This document shows, piece after piece, positions 18,814 through 27,559 of a stretch of DNA of 64,000 nucleotides. A program made the translations under genes and the position numbers. Each line of letters opens with the position of its first letter. The first letter of the stretch is position 1. Source of the stretch: an uncultured delta proteobacterium (GTDB lineage: Bacteria; Desulfobacterota; WTBG01); NCBI GenBank assembly GCA_963751515.1, contig CAVVUR010000004.1, positions 47,640 through 111,639 on the forward strand. Direction: 5' to 3'. The notes under the pieces are model-generated. The model had not been told where the DNA came from, did no database searches, and saw nothing but the letters and a program-made list of their open reading frames with translations.

Positions 18814-20766
18814 CTAATTTTCAATTTCTCTGACTGTATTAAATCCTCCCCATACGGCTTGCATAATCGTGCCCGGTTCCGTGCAGTCCCCGATGCTTAA
18901 AACGTGCGGTGTTTTTTCAAACCATGCACTGAGTGCGTTTTGTGAAAACAGACGGCCTGCAAAAACCAGACTGTCCATCGGAATCCTCTTCTCCGCCCCC
19001 TGTTGATCTGCCACCACCCCGTCACCGTCCAGCCGCAAAGGAATCGTGCCGCGCAACACGGTGATATTTTTTTCTTCCCGTAGCATCCTGAAAAGCATTT
19101 CGCGGTTGTGAAGGTCCAGGATGTCGGTATCCAGTTCGGCGGCGTCCTGCCGCGCACAGAGCGTAACCTGCTTTCCCCTCCTGGCCAGGTAGAGGGCAGT
19201 TTCACACCCGATAACACCGGCACCCATGACAAGAATTTTTTCGCCCCGCGCTTCCATGCCGTTCAGCAGCTGAATCGTTGACAGCACAGTATTTCCATCA
19301 ATCGGGGAAGGCTCCATTTCCGCGCCGGTGGCAAGGATGACATGATCCGCACCGAAGCTTTGAATATCCCCGGCAGTTGCACGCCGGTTAAGCACAACAT
19401 TGATTGGCAGCCGTCCTGCAAGTCCCTGTAAATAGGTAAGATAGTCTGCTATATCCCTCTTGAAATCAGGTTTTGCAGCAGGCCAGAGATTACCGCCCAG
19501 CCGGTCAGAGGCTTCCCACAGGGTAACCTCAAAACCTCGCTGCACGCCTACCCTCGCGGCTTCGATGCCCGCCGGCCCGCCGCCAACCACCAGGAGAGAT
19601 TTTTTCTGTTTCAGCGGAACCAGCATCCGATCGGTTTCATGTCCACAGACAGGGTTAAGCGAGCAGCTGGTCGGCTCTCCGGCGATCATCTGCCACAGGC
19701 AGCCCTCATGGCAGCCAATGCAGGGCATCATCTCCGCGGTTCCGCCGCGTTGCACCTTATTGACCCATTCCGGCTCCGCCAGCAGGCCTCTGCCGATGGC
19801 AATAAAGTCGGCTTTTCCCTCGGAGAGCGCCCGCTCCGCCACCTCCGGGTATTGCAGACGGCCAACCGTGATGACCGGCAGCGAACACACCTTTTTGACT
19901 TTTGCAGCCAGCTCCACCATGCAGCCACCCGGCTGATACTGGGGCGGATGGGGCCACCAGCCGGTTTCGTAACAACCCGCGTCAACATGCAAAGCATCAA
20001 CCCCCATTTTCTGCAGCTCTGTTGCAATCCACAGCCCTTCTTCTTCCTCCCGGCCTCCTTCAAGATGGTGCTTGATCCCAAACCGGTAGATGATGGGAAA
20101 ATCAGCGCCGGCATCGCGCTTGATGGCCTGAATCGCTTCCCGGGCAAAGGTAAGCCGCTTTTCCCGCGACCCGCCATAGCGGTCATCGCGCCGGTTCCAG
20201 AGGCCGGTCATGAACTGGTCAAGCAGATAGCCCTCATGGCCGTGAAGTTCAACGCAGTCAGCTCCCGCCTCACGGCAGCGCATCGCGGCATAGCCGAATG
20301 CTGCGGCCAGCGCCTCTGCTTCTTCAGTGGTGAGCGCCCGGCTGTTCAAGTCGGCATAATCGGGAACATAAAAATTGGTGTTTTCCGAGGCCGAAACCGG
20401 CTTAACTCCGTCGGGCACGACAAAGGGCGGGACGACACGGCCAAACCCGGCGGTAAGCTGCATGCTCAGCCGGCAGTCATAGGCATGAAGCCGCTCCGCA
20501 AGCTTGCGCACTGCCGCGACATGCTTATCGTTGGCCATGCAGAGAAGTCCTTCTGAGCAGGGCTCCAGGTCCCGGGAAACGAATACCATCTCGGTGGTGA
20601 TCATGCCGGCACCGCCTGCGGCGCGGGCCCCGTAGTATGCCCGCACCCGCTCACCCCAGTATTCCTCTGAGCCGGCATCACATGTCCCGCGGATGCCCAT
20701 GGCCGCCATGATAATGCGGTTTTTAATGGTAAGCTTACCGATATGTCCCGGTTCCAAAAGTTTCAT
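18814..20766 (-). CDS. FMN/[4Fe-4S]/FAD ene-reductase (2-enoate reductase / 2,4-dienoyl-CoA reductase architecture), paralogue A
   Basis: The start is probably MKLLEPGHIGKLTIKNRIIMAAM (ATG 20766), by analogy with the paralogue at 28463. OYE barrel motifs are ...ELHGHEGYLLDQF... and ...RDDRYGGS... The FeS motif is CIGCHEGC...C..NP.CGHE. The Rossmann motifs are LLVVGGGPAGIEAA and ILVMGAGVIGCE. By eye it is roughly 70% identical to 28463-30421. Confidence 0.85.
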   Translation of the reverse strand: MKLLEPGHIGKLTIKNRIIMAAMGIRGTCDAGSEEYWGERVRAYYGARAAGGAGMITTEMVFVSRDLEPCSEGLLCMANDKHVAAVRKLAERLHAYDCRLSMQLTAGFGRVVPPFVVPDGVKPVSASENTNFYVPDYADLNSRALTTEEAEALAAAFGYAAMRCREAGADCVELHGHEGYLLDQFMTGLWNRRDDRYGGSREKRLTFAREAIQAIKRDAGADFPIIYRFGIKHHLEGGREEEEGLWIATELQKMGVDALHVDAGCYETGWWPHPPQYQPGGCMVELAAKVKKVCSLPVITVGRLQYPEVAERALSEGKADFIAIGRGLLAEPEWVNKVQRGGTAEMMPCIGCHEGCLWQMIAGEPTSCSLNPVCGHETDRMLVPLKQKKSLLVVGGGPAGIEAARVGVQRGFEVTLWEASDRLGGNLWPAAKPDFKRDIADYLTYLQGLAGRLPINVVLNRRATAGDIQSFGADHVILATGAEMEPSPIDGNTVLSTIQLLNGMEARGEKILVMGAGVIGCETALYLARRGKQVTLCARQDAAELDTDILDLHNREMLFRMLREEKNITVLRGTIPLRLDGDGVVADQQGAEKRIPMDSLVFAGRLFSQNALSAWFEKTPHVLSIGDCTEPGTIMQAVWGGFNTVREIEN

Positions 20767-20864
20767 GAAGAAAGCCCCTTGTCCCATAGGTAATAGTACA
20801 GCCGGATACGTGATGATACTTCTTTATGAAAACCCCCATGCCCCTTAGGAGTACAATGAAGATA

Positions 20865-21893
20865 TTATTTTCCCATCAGAAGCTCAGTTACCGGTATGGA
20901 TATCTCCAATACCTTTCTTGCAGGATATTTGATCCAAGGGTTGCGGTTAAAAAATGCAACCACCCGTTTACCATTGGAGTAATACAGGTCAATGAGCTTT
21001 TCCCCGGCAGCGCTTTTGGCCATGACCGTATCGCGAAATTCGCGCAGTGTAGCGGCCCGTGCATCATCTGCCCCAAAAAGAGAGAGTATCGGACATGCAC
21101 TGTCCTTAAACTGGCTGAGAAAATCAAGGGTGCTTTGAACCATTATCCGCTGCTGTTTCTCCCTGGAAATATCAGCCGGGTTGTCACCGAGCTGAACGAA
21201 ATCTTCATTGACTCCATCCCAGTAGTAGCCACATTGGGTATGGTTTCCTCCCTCAATCACCACAAACGGCGTGTTTTCAGGCAGATGCTCCTCTCCTGCT
21301 TTGATTTCATCCGGATGCCCATCGTTAGTGCCGTAAATGGAGATCGCTTGAAGGTCTGTACCGTCCAGACGGAAATCCTCTGAAGGCCAGGCGCCCCACA
21401 GCACAACTCCGTCAATTACATCCGTGTGCTTCTGAGCATAGTAGCAGGCAAAGGAACCTCCGACTGAATGTCCCCCGATTATCCATGTTTTGATTCCGGC
21501 ATAAGCGCTGATGATTGTATCTGCCCGGTCGGGACTAAAGGGTACAAGGTCACCAATCATCTTTACGATAACCACTAAGTACCCTTTTGCCGCGATGGCA
21601 TGGGCGGGGGGCGCGTAGGACCTCGGATCAACCAGTCCGCCCGGGTAAAAAATAAAGCCGATGGTCGGACTGGCATGTTTCGGCTTAAAAACATAATAAA
21701 AGTTTGATCCTTCCTCCCACTCCGCCACTTCGACCGTTTCAACCGTTACCCTGAAATCCGATTCCATGGCTTCCAGCGCTTCAGGCATGGCGAGACGGAT
21801 ATCTTCCGTTTGTGCGAGTACCGCATAGTCACTCACACTAAAAACCATACACAGCGATAGCATGAAAACAATAATTAATACTCGTGGCTTCAT
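20865..21893 (-). CDS. Secreted alpha/beta hydrolase with a C-terminal LR.FRD..L-type extension
   Basis: Signal peptide MKPRVLIIVFMLSLCMVFSVSDYAVLA, then ...GFIFYPGGLVDPRSYAPPAHAIAAKGYLVVIV...IIGGHSVGGSFA (GxSxG). The C-terminal roughly 65 aa, LFGADDARAATLREFRDTVMAKSAAGEKLIDLYYSNGKRVVAFFNRNP..., is shared with the 38813-40681 peptidase. Confidence 0.75.
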   Translation of the reverse strand: MKPRVLIIVFMLSLCMVFSVSDYAVLAQTEDIRLAMPEALEAMESDFRVTVETVEVAEWEEGSNFYYVFKPKHASPTIGFIFYPGGLVDPRSYAPPAHAIAAKGYLVVIVKMIGDLVPFSPDRADTIISAYAGIKTWIIGGHSVGGSFACYYAQKHTDVIDGVVLWGAWPSEDFRLDGTDLQAISIYGTNDGHPDEIKAGEEHLPENTPFVVIEGGNHTQCGYYWDGVNEDFVQLGDNPADISREKQQRIMVQSTLDFLSQFKDSACPILSLFGADDARAATLREFRDTVMAKSAAGEKLIDLYYSNGKRVVAFFNRNPWIKYPARKVLEISIPVTELLMGK

Positions 21894-21936
21894 AAATATG
21901 CTCCCTGATGGTTCCTTACATGTTCAATGCGACCTT

Positions 21937-23091
21937 TTATTCCCATAATTCCTCCGGAGTAAAAAAGTCATACCCTTCACAACTCGGCTCCGGGTTTTCC
22001 GTGTAAATATTCCAGATAAACTCATTGGTTGCCTTGCAATGGATAACGCAGATGCCCGTCAGGCCCACATAGCCTGGTATATAGGTCTCAATTTCCGCCG
22101 TTCTCTGACTGCAGGGAACCGTGTCATACCGGGGGTTTGTGTATGTTGGACTTGTTTCACATTTTTCCTGCGAGCTTGCCGGGGTGAAGCCGGGACCGGT
22201 AAAATCCATACAGTAATAGTTATTGGCAAGTGCGAAATAGAGCAGGCAGCTGCCATTGGTTGGCGATTCCAGGGCTGACGGCTTATCACACACGGAGCTG
22301 GTTGGAGTTATTAAAACAGGGTTTTCTTCAAAGCTCTTCTCAAGCATCCAGCTGAGTATCGCCTGGTGGCTTAACAATTTGCAATATCGCACCCCTTTTA
22401 ATCGCTCATCGGTAATGTCAGGATCATCATATGCCACGGAGAGGCTCCATGGCTCATAATAGTAACGGTTTCCATCGGTGGTTACTTTTGTGGCCGGGTC
22501 AACGGTAAGCCAGAAAGATCCAACGCGCACCGGATTTGTCGTATTATCAAGCGGCGGGAGGTCATCATCCCTGATGAAGGATAGCTGTTTCCCCTGCGAC
22601 AGGTATCTATCCTGCTCATCCGGGGTTAAGACGGTATTGAGAACGGTATCATAAACCGTCTGCTGCACATCCGCGCAAATTCCCTGCGGCTCATCATTGC
22701 TGAAACCAAATGCGGCGTCCACGCTGTCTTTGGACTTAAATTTGGCAACTATCACCCCGTTGATATTTGACGGTGCGTTCAGATAAGCGCTCATGTCTTC
22801 GGAATAGACAGTATAAAAAGGCTGTATCCAGTTTTCTTCGGCATTTAAGTCTGCATAGGAGCCCTCAAATGCCAGCACCGGTAATTCGGTAGCCCGGATA
22901 TCAATATCCTCTGACTCAATGTGTGTCATGGTCTTTTGGGCATTCCAGACCAGGCAATCATCATATGCCCCGGCCAGCTCATACCCTGTTTTGCCGGTGT
23001 CGACATCACAGGTATAAGTCGGCGGTCTTTCGCACTGGCTATTCAATGCCATGAGAAGAAAAAGCTGCATTCCTATCAATGCATTCCTCAT
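21937..23091 (-). CDS. Hypothetical lipoprotein or secreted protein
   Basis: 384-aa ORF with N-terminus MRNALIGMQLFLLMALNSQC (lipobox-like). It is Cys-containing and I recognise no family motif. It is co-directional with the flanking secreted-protein genes. Confidence 0.6.
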   Translation of the reverse strand: MRNALIGMQLFLLMALNSQCERPPTYTCDVDTGKTGYELAGAYDDCLVWNAQKTMTHIESEDIDIRATELPVLAFEGSYADLNAEENWIQPFYTVYSEDMSAYLNAPSNINGVIVAKFKSKDSVDAAFGFSNDEPQGICADVQQTVYDTVLNTVLTPDEQDRYLSQGKQLSFIRDDDLPPLDNTTNPVRVGSFWLTVDPATKVTTDGNRYYYEPWSLSVAYDDPDITDERLKGVRYCKLLSHQAILSWMLEKSFEENPVLITPTSSVCDKPSALESPTNGSCLLYFALANNYYCMDFTGPGFTPASSQEKCETSPTYTNPRYDTVPCSQRTAEIETYIPGYVGLTGICVIHCKATNEFIWNIYTENPEPSCEGYDFFTPEELWE

Positions 23092-23201
23092 ATCTCACCC
23101 CTTTGCCATTGTGATTGAACATGCTTTATGGTTTATTTATATATAAACCATAACTGTTTTTTTTGCCATGTTATTGATATGTTTTTTTAGACCATACCAT
23201 G

Positions 23202-25856
23202 TCAGGGAACTGCAACCACAAATCCTTCCCAGGTTACTTCTCCGGTTTCACTGTGGGAATCCGTGACCACGCACCGAATGGCATAGGTGCCCGCATCCCC
23301 GCTTCCGGTGTTCCACTGCCAGCTTGCGCTGTTTCCGCCCACCGCAGTCCAGCCGGGATCAGCTGCTTCCTTGACGGACCACTGATAGCCGTAGACCGGC
23401 TTGCCGCCCGTTACGTGTGCGCTAAAGGTTACACTTCCTCCCGCCACGATGGATTCGGTTTCCCCGTTGGTAAGATATACCATGGGTTTTACGATGGCAT
23501 TGAGCACATGGGATGCAAGCATCGGACCCACCCGGGGATCATCATTCGGAGGGATGTATATTTCCCACGTTCCGGTATACTGATCCTGCACCGGATTATC
23601 GGGATCAGGAGGGACGCCGGCAGGATCATAGCCAAGATGCCCGTATGCACTCATATCAAAGCATAACGAAGGGTCAAGATCGCTCATGCCCTGATTGATG
23701 GGTGTCTGACGAACCGGCGGATAAGGCATTAAAGGATCACCGCATCCTCCCATTGCAAAGCAGCATTCAGGTTTTGAGGTCTGGATTTCAACGCCGTTGG
23801 CCAGGGCAGAACCGGCCGGGCTTTTGTCATCACGTATTATCTCATCGTCACTGAACGTACCGGAGAGCTGTTTGAGGGTAAGGGTGCCGGAAGTGGCATT
23901 CCCCGTTATCCATTTTATTATTGCTGTCGCACCGGATGTTTGCCCCGTCAGCGTAGCGCCCGCACGAAACACAGATGTTCCGTTGTCATAATCGAGATTC
24001 CACTCGCCGCAGTCTGTATTAACCCAGATGCCCCAGTAATCTGCAAACGGGTGACCTGTTCCGGGATACCGGGTAAAATCACCCGTTCCCCATTTAAGCC
24101 AGTTCTTATAGCCGATCTCCCTGCCGGCAGTCTGGTTATATATCTCAACCATATTCAGGGCAGTGTCAGTTACCACCTGGGGAAAACTGATCACGATGTG
24201 CTGAACTCCCCGATCCTTCAGATATTCCAACGCCTCCCAGTAACGGTAGCCCCATTCGTCACCAGGCAACACTTTGTTCGTCTGGTAAAGCCAGGCATGC
24301 CCGTAGGATTCTCCGCGCATTTCCCGGTTTCGTTCCTCCAGCCCGTTTGCGGGATTCAATTCCTGGATACCTCCAAAGGCTCCGACAATATTGTCCGGGT
24401 CCATGTCTGAATGACGCTCGAGCAGTTTTGCCTTTATGTTCTTATTGATGATCTGGGTATCATTGACCTTCGGATCGAACCACTCGTTATAATCGTGGAG
24501 GGCATGATTGAAAAGAACTACCCCCGTATCGGCATCAGGAACGGTGCCTGAAAACGCAGCCTCTATGGCTTCCACATTCAGGTCGGTTACTACCGGATCG
24601 GAAACAATAGGGTTGGGGCTTCCGTTGAGCAACACATGGCTGTCCAGAGTCGGTTTTTTGAGGACACGGGTCCATCCCGCAGGTTCTATGGGATAGGACC
24701 GCTCCATCAGGTTGCTGTAATCATTCACCCAGAGCGCAGGAATGGAGACACCACGTTTCGTGTTCCAGTCATCCAGCGCACGTTTGCTCATTTCAACCAC
24801 ATCGTAGGATTTGGAGAAACGTGGCCCACCTACCGTCCAGTCAACCATGATAATCCGGTAGGCCCCCTTCTTAAGCAATCTCTCCGCCGGGCCGTCTACA
24901 TTGTACCGATACGGATCGCAACCGGGCCAGGGTCCGCCTGTTTCACCTTCGCCGCAGTATGTGCAGTTAGTTTTTGGACCGTCTCCGTCAGGGTCATTAT
25001 AGATAAAGCGCGGGTAGGCATAATGCTCCACACGGTCAGCGGCCATGTAACCCGCCCAATCCACCTCGAAGTTGAGACCATGGGTATTTGCATCGAGCGC
25101 AGCCTTCATATCCAGCAACTGCTGGTCAGAAAGAGAGTGAAAGGGATCAGTTCCGCCGATCCGGTCGTACTCGAACTCATACATCCTGATAAACCTGGCC
25201 GCAAACTCCCCAAATGCGGGATCCAGCACCAGGGGCCACATGGATGGATCCCAGATGACGAACTTGTAGACCGAGTGGTTGGGGTCATAAGAAAACTGAT
25301 GCACCGAGGCATCCCACATGTATTGAGGCTGATAGACATCCATGCCACCGTGGATCACAAAAATTACCCCCACCGGTCGTGCGCAGGAGGTGCAATCAGC
25401 TTTTTGAAATTGTCCTTTCATTACTACCAGATCCTGCAGATCAACCTTTCCGTCCCCGTTGGCATTGGCATAGCAGAACTCGGTTGCACAATCACTTTTT
25501 TGAAACTCCTTCTTCAGAAGTACCAGGTCAGGGAGGTTAACCTTGTCGTCGCAGTTGGTGTCGGCGTAACACTCGCACGCGTCTCCCTTGCCGTTTGCGT
25601 TACCGTCTCCCTGATTCGTGTCACAGGTTTGCCCGATTACGCACCCTCCGTTGTTCACACAGGTCGTCCCGGTGCCGGAAAGCAATCCGCTCACCGTCTT
25701 CACGCACGTCCCCAAAGCCGGGCCATTGGGAACACTGATGCAATTGTCCACATCATCCAGCACACCATCTGAATCGGCATCCTGTGCAACCGCCGGGCTG
25801 ATCAGTACGATGCAGAGAAGCATTACCGGTAGCATCATTCTTATCCAGATTTTCAT
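23202..25856 (-). CDS. Large secreted multidomain protein: TSP3-like repeat, Cys-rich region, complete two-segment dockerin-like module, ~600-aa central domain, C-terminal PKD/Ig-like domain
   Basis: Signal peptide MKIWIRMMLPVMLLCIVLISPAVA, then DADSDGVLDDVDNC, then CECYADTNCDDKVNLPDLVLLKKEFQKSDCATEFCYANANGDGKVDLQDLVVMKGQFQKADCTSC (about 25382-25577). The C-terminal ...GGSVTFSAHVTGGKPVYGYQWSV...GTYAIRCVVTDS... is PKD-like. Confidence 0.8.
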   Translation of the reverse strand: MKIWIRMMLPVMLLCIVLISPAVAQDADSDGVLDDVDNCISVPNGPALGTCVKTVSGLLSGTGTTCVNNGGCVIGQTCDTNQGDGNANGKGDACECYADTNCDDKVNLPDLVLLKKEFQKSDCATEFCYANANGDGKVDLQDLVVMKGQFQKADCTSCARPVGVIFVIHGGMDVYQPQYMWDASVHQFSYDPNHSVYKFVIWDPSMWPLVLDPAFGEFAARFIRMYEFEYDRIGGTDPFHSLSDQQLLDMKAALDANTHGLNFEVDWAGYMAADRVEHYAYPRFIYNDPDGDGPKTNCTYCGEGETGGPWPGCDPYRYNVDGPAERLLKKGAYRIIMVDWTVGGPRFSKSYDVVEMSKRALDDWNTKRGVSIPALWVNDYSNLMERSYPIEPAGWTRVLKKPTLDSHVLLNGSPNPIVSDPVVTDLNVEAIEAAFSGTVPDADTGVVLFNHALHDYNEWFDPKVNDTQIINKNIKAKLLERHSDMDPDNIVGAFGGIQELNPANGLEERNREMRGESYGHAWLYQTNKVLPGDEWGYRYWEALEYLKDRGVQHIVISFPQVVTDTALNMVEIYNQTAGREIGYKNWLKWGTGDFTRYPGTGHPFADYWGIWVNTDCGEWNLDYDNGTSVFRAGATLTGQTSGATAIIKWITGNATSGTLTLKQLSGTFSDDEIIRDDKSPAGSALANGVEIQTSKPECCFAMGGCGDPLMPYPPVRQTPINQGMSDLDPSLCFDMSAYGHLGYDPAGVPPDPDNPVQDQYTGTWEIYIPPNDDPRVGPMLASHVLNAIVKPMVYLTNGETESIVAGGSVTFSAHVTGGKPVYGYQWSVKEAADPGWTAVGGNSASWQWNTGSGDAGTYAIRCVVTDSHSETGEVTWEGFVVAVP

Positions 25857-25870
25857 TGCCTACCTCCTTG

Positions 25871-26590
25871 CTAATGATTTGGGGAAGACCCGATTGACTG
25901 TGCTGACATCACATCCTTACCGTTTATGTTTAATTTCTTCATGAGATTACTTGAGAGGGTTTCGGTCTTAATGATCTTGTTTGTGAGTGATAGAATGTCT
26001 GCTATTTTCTGCCTGGGAATATCAAATTCAGAGAGTGCGATTGTTATAAGCAAGGAGTAAATATCTTCAGGACTTGCCGGTAATTGTTCATTGATTTTGG
26101 CCATCATCAGTGCCTTGGTAGCTCCATGAATAGCCAAAACTCTTGAATGAATCTCTTTGTCGGTGAAATGAAGGTTTAAATCCTTCAATAGATTCTTCAT
26201 TTTGTTGACTTTAATGGTTATCACTTCTTGGTCAACCGCTGCATTGTGAGAAATGGCCATGTAAAGATTCAACACGTGTTTATGCTTTAAAATCTCACAT
26301 GTTGCCAGTGCAACATCCAGAGCATATCGTAAGAGCGGCTCCCGGCAATCCACGGCAATCTTGTCGGTGATGCGGCTGATGTCCATCAGTGCATCATGCA
26401 AGCCGCCAAGCAGCAGCTCCTCCTTATTTTTAAAAAAATGATACAAGCTTCCTGTCGACAGACCGGCCTTCTTGAGTATCTGCCGGACAGAAGTGTTGTC
26501 ATATCCCTGCTCAAGGAAGAGTCGTCGGGAAATCTTTAGTATTCTTCGTTTTACCACTACTGAATTAGCTTCCCTGATGTTCATAAGCAT
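25871..26590 (-). CDS. TetR/AcrR-family transcriptional regulator, divergent from the 26803-32639 operon
   Basis: The HTH region is RRILKISRRLFLEQGYDNTSVRQILKKAGLSTGSLYHFFKNKEELL. The likely start is the ATG at 26590 or 26584 (MLMNIRE...) rather than the listed 26695. Confidence 0.88.
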   Translation of the reverse strand: MLMNIREANSVVVKRRILKISRRLFLEQGYDNTSVRQILKKAGLSTGSLYHFFKNKEELLLGGLHDALMDISRITDKIAVDCREPLLRYALDVALATCEILKHKHVLNLYMAISHNAAVDQEVITIKVNKMKNLLKDLNLHFTDKEIHSRVLAIHGATKALMMAKINEQLPASPEDIYSLLITIALSEFDIPRQKIADILSLTNKIIKTETLSSNLMKKLNINGKDVMSAQSIGSSPNH

Positions 26591-26637
26591 AATACCGGTA
26601 TCGTGAAATGATTCTGGGTTTCGTTCGCATTGTAGAT

Positions 26638-26701
26638 TAGAACATGTTTTTTTTCTCTTGACAAGCAAAAAATAAGCATGATACAAGTAGAACATGTTCT
26701 A
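26638..26701. promoter_or_regulatory. Divergent promoter/operator region: perfect 14-bp palindrome TAGAACATGTTCTA (26688-26701), related site TAGAACATGTTTTT (26638-26651), and TTGACA (26658-26663)
   Basis: The palindrome and an 11-of-14 second copy lie 50 bp apart between the tetR start and the 26803 start. TTGACA-N18-TACAAG sits immediately upstream of the perfect palindrome, which is a classic TetR operator arrangement. Confidence 0.55.
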
Positions 26702-26802
26702 ATTGATAAGCATGTTTTTACCACGCTGCCGGGATTTTTACGACACATGATCTTGACGGCAGATAAACACCCGGACACAGTCACTTTGCAGGAGGGAAAA
26801 AC

Positions 26803-27510
26803 ATGAAGACCATTGCTTATACAGAGCGGATAATCGAGGCACTTGCTCCGCTTAATCCGCAGCCCATGACAACCTATCAGGGAGAGGACGTCACCCGGTT
26901 TGAAAATATTGAAACCGACATGATGATTCATACCATGCGCTGCTTTGAAGCAGACAAGCTGGATAAAATCGTCACTATTAAGGCGGATGTGATGGGCGGC
27001 AAGATTATCGTATGGGGCACTACCATTGTCCCGGCTGATGCATACCCGCTCCCTATGTTCACATCAGAGATTGTGCAGGCGGTGAATCATCTCAGCTTGA
27101 GAGTGGATCTTATTCCCTTGGCTGATTGCGGACGTGATATGGCCTATCTTGAAAAATACATGGCCCCCATGGAGCCTATCTGGGAGAAATACAAAGACAT
27201 TGAGGGAATGGGAACCGAGCGATACCTCTGGCACCGGGTAATGCTCTCCCCATTTTATACCTATGGAAAGATTAAATATGAGGTTGAAAATATTGAGCAA
27301 CTATCTCTGGACATTACCACTGACTACTTGAAACTGTACACCCGATTCTGCTCCGAAGCCGAAAAGGCAGACCCCTCCTACATGGAATCATTGAATGGGA
27401 GAAAAAGGGACATGCTTAAAATCATGCTGGAAAACGATCCCGGTGAGGGACCGCTTAAGAAGGCCTTGGGCAAGGATAATGCAGAAAAGCTGCTCGCACT
27501 GCTTTTCTAG
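26803..27510 (+). CDS. Ferredoxin-dependent bilin reductase (FDBR, PcyA/PebA/HY2)-fold-like protein, paralogue 1
   Basis: SD AGGAGGG. The layout ...FEADKLDKIVTIKADVMGGKIIVWGTTIVPADAYPLPMFTSEIVQAVNHLSLRVDLIPLADC...EKYM.P......NDPGEGPLKKALGKDNAEKLLALLF parallels PcyA as I remember it (..FRKMHLEL....LDILHCVMFPEP.YGLPLFGCDIV.....SAAIADLSP...KNDKTRRVLEKAFGE.WAERY....LF). It is a paralogue of 31304-32032 and 47837-48556. This is a motif-level call only. Confidence 0.55.
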   Translation: MKTIAYTERIIEALAPLNPQPMTTYQGEDVTRFENIETDMMIHTMRCFEADKLDKIVTIKADVMGGKIIVWGTTIVPADAYPLPMFTSEIVQAVNHLSLRVDLIPLADCGRDMAYLEKYMAPMEPIWEKYKDIEGMGTERYLWHRVMLSPFYTYGKIKYEVENIEQLSLDITTDYLKLYTRFCSEAEKADPSYMESLNGRKRDMLKIMLENDPGEGPLKKALGKDNAEKLLALLF

Positions 27511-27559
27511 GTGAAAAGCTAAAGGCAGGAACAGCCCTGCACGTGCAATGGAGGATTAG

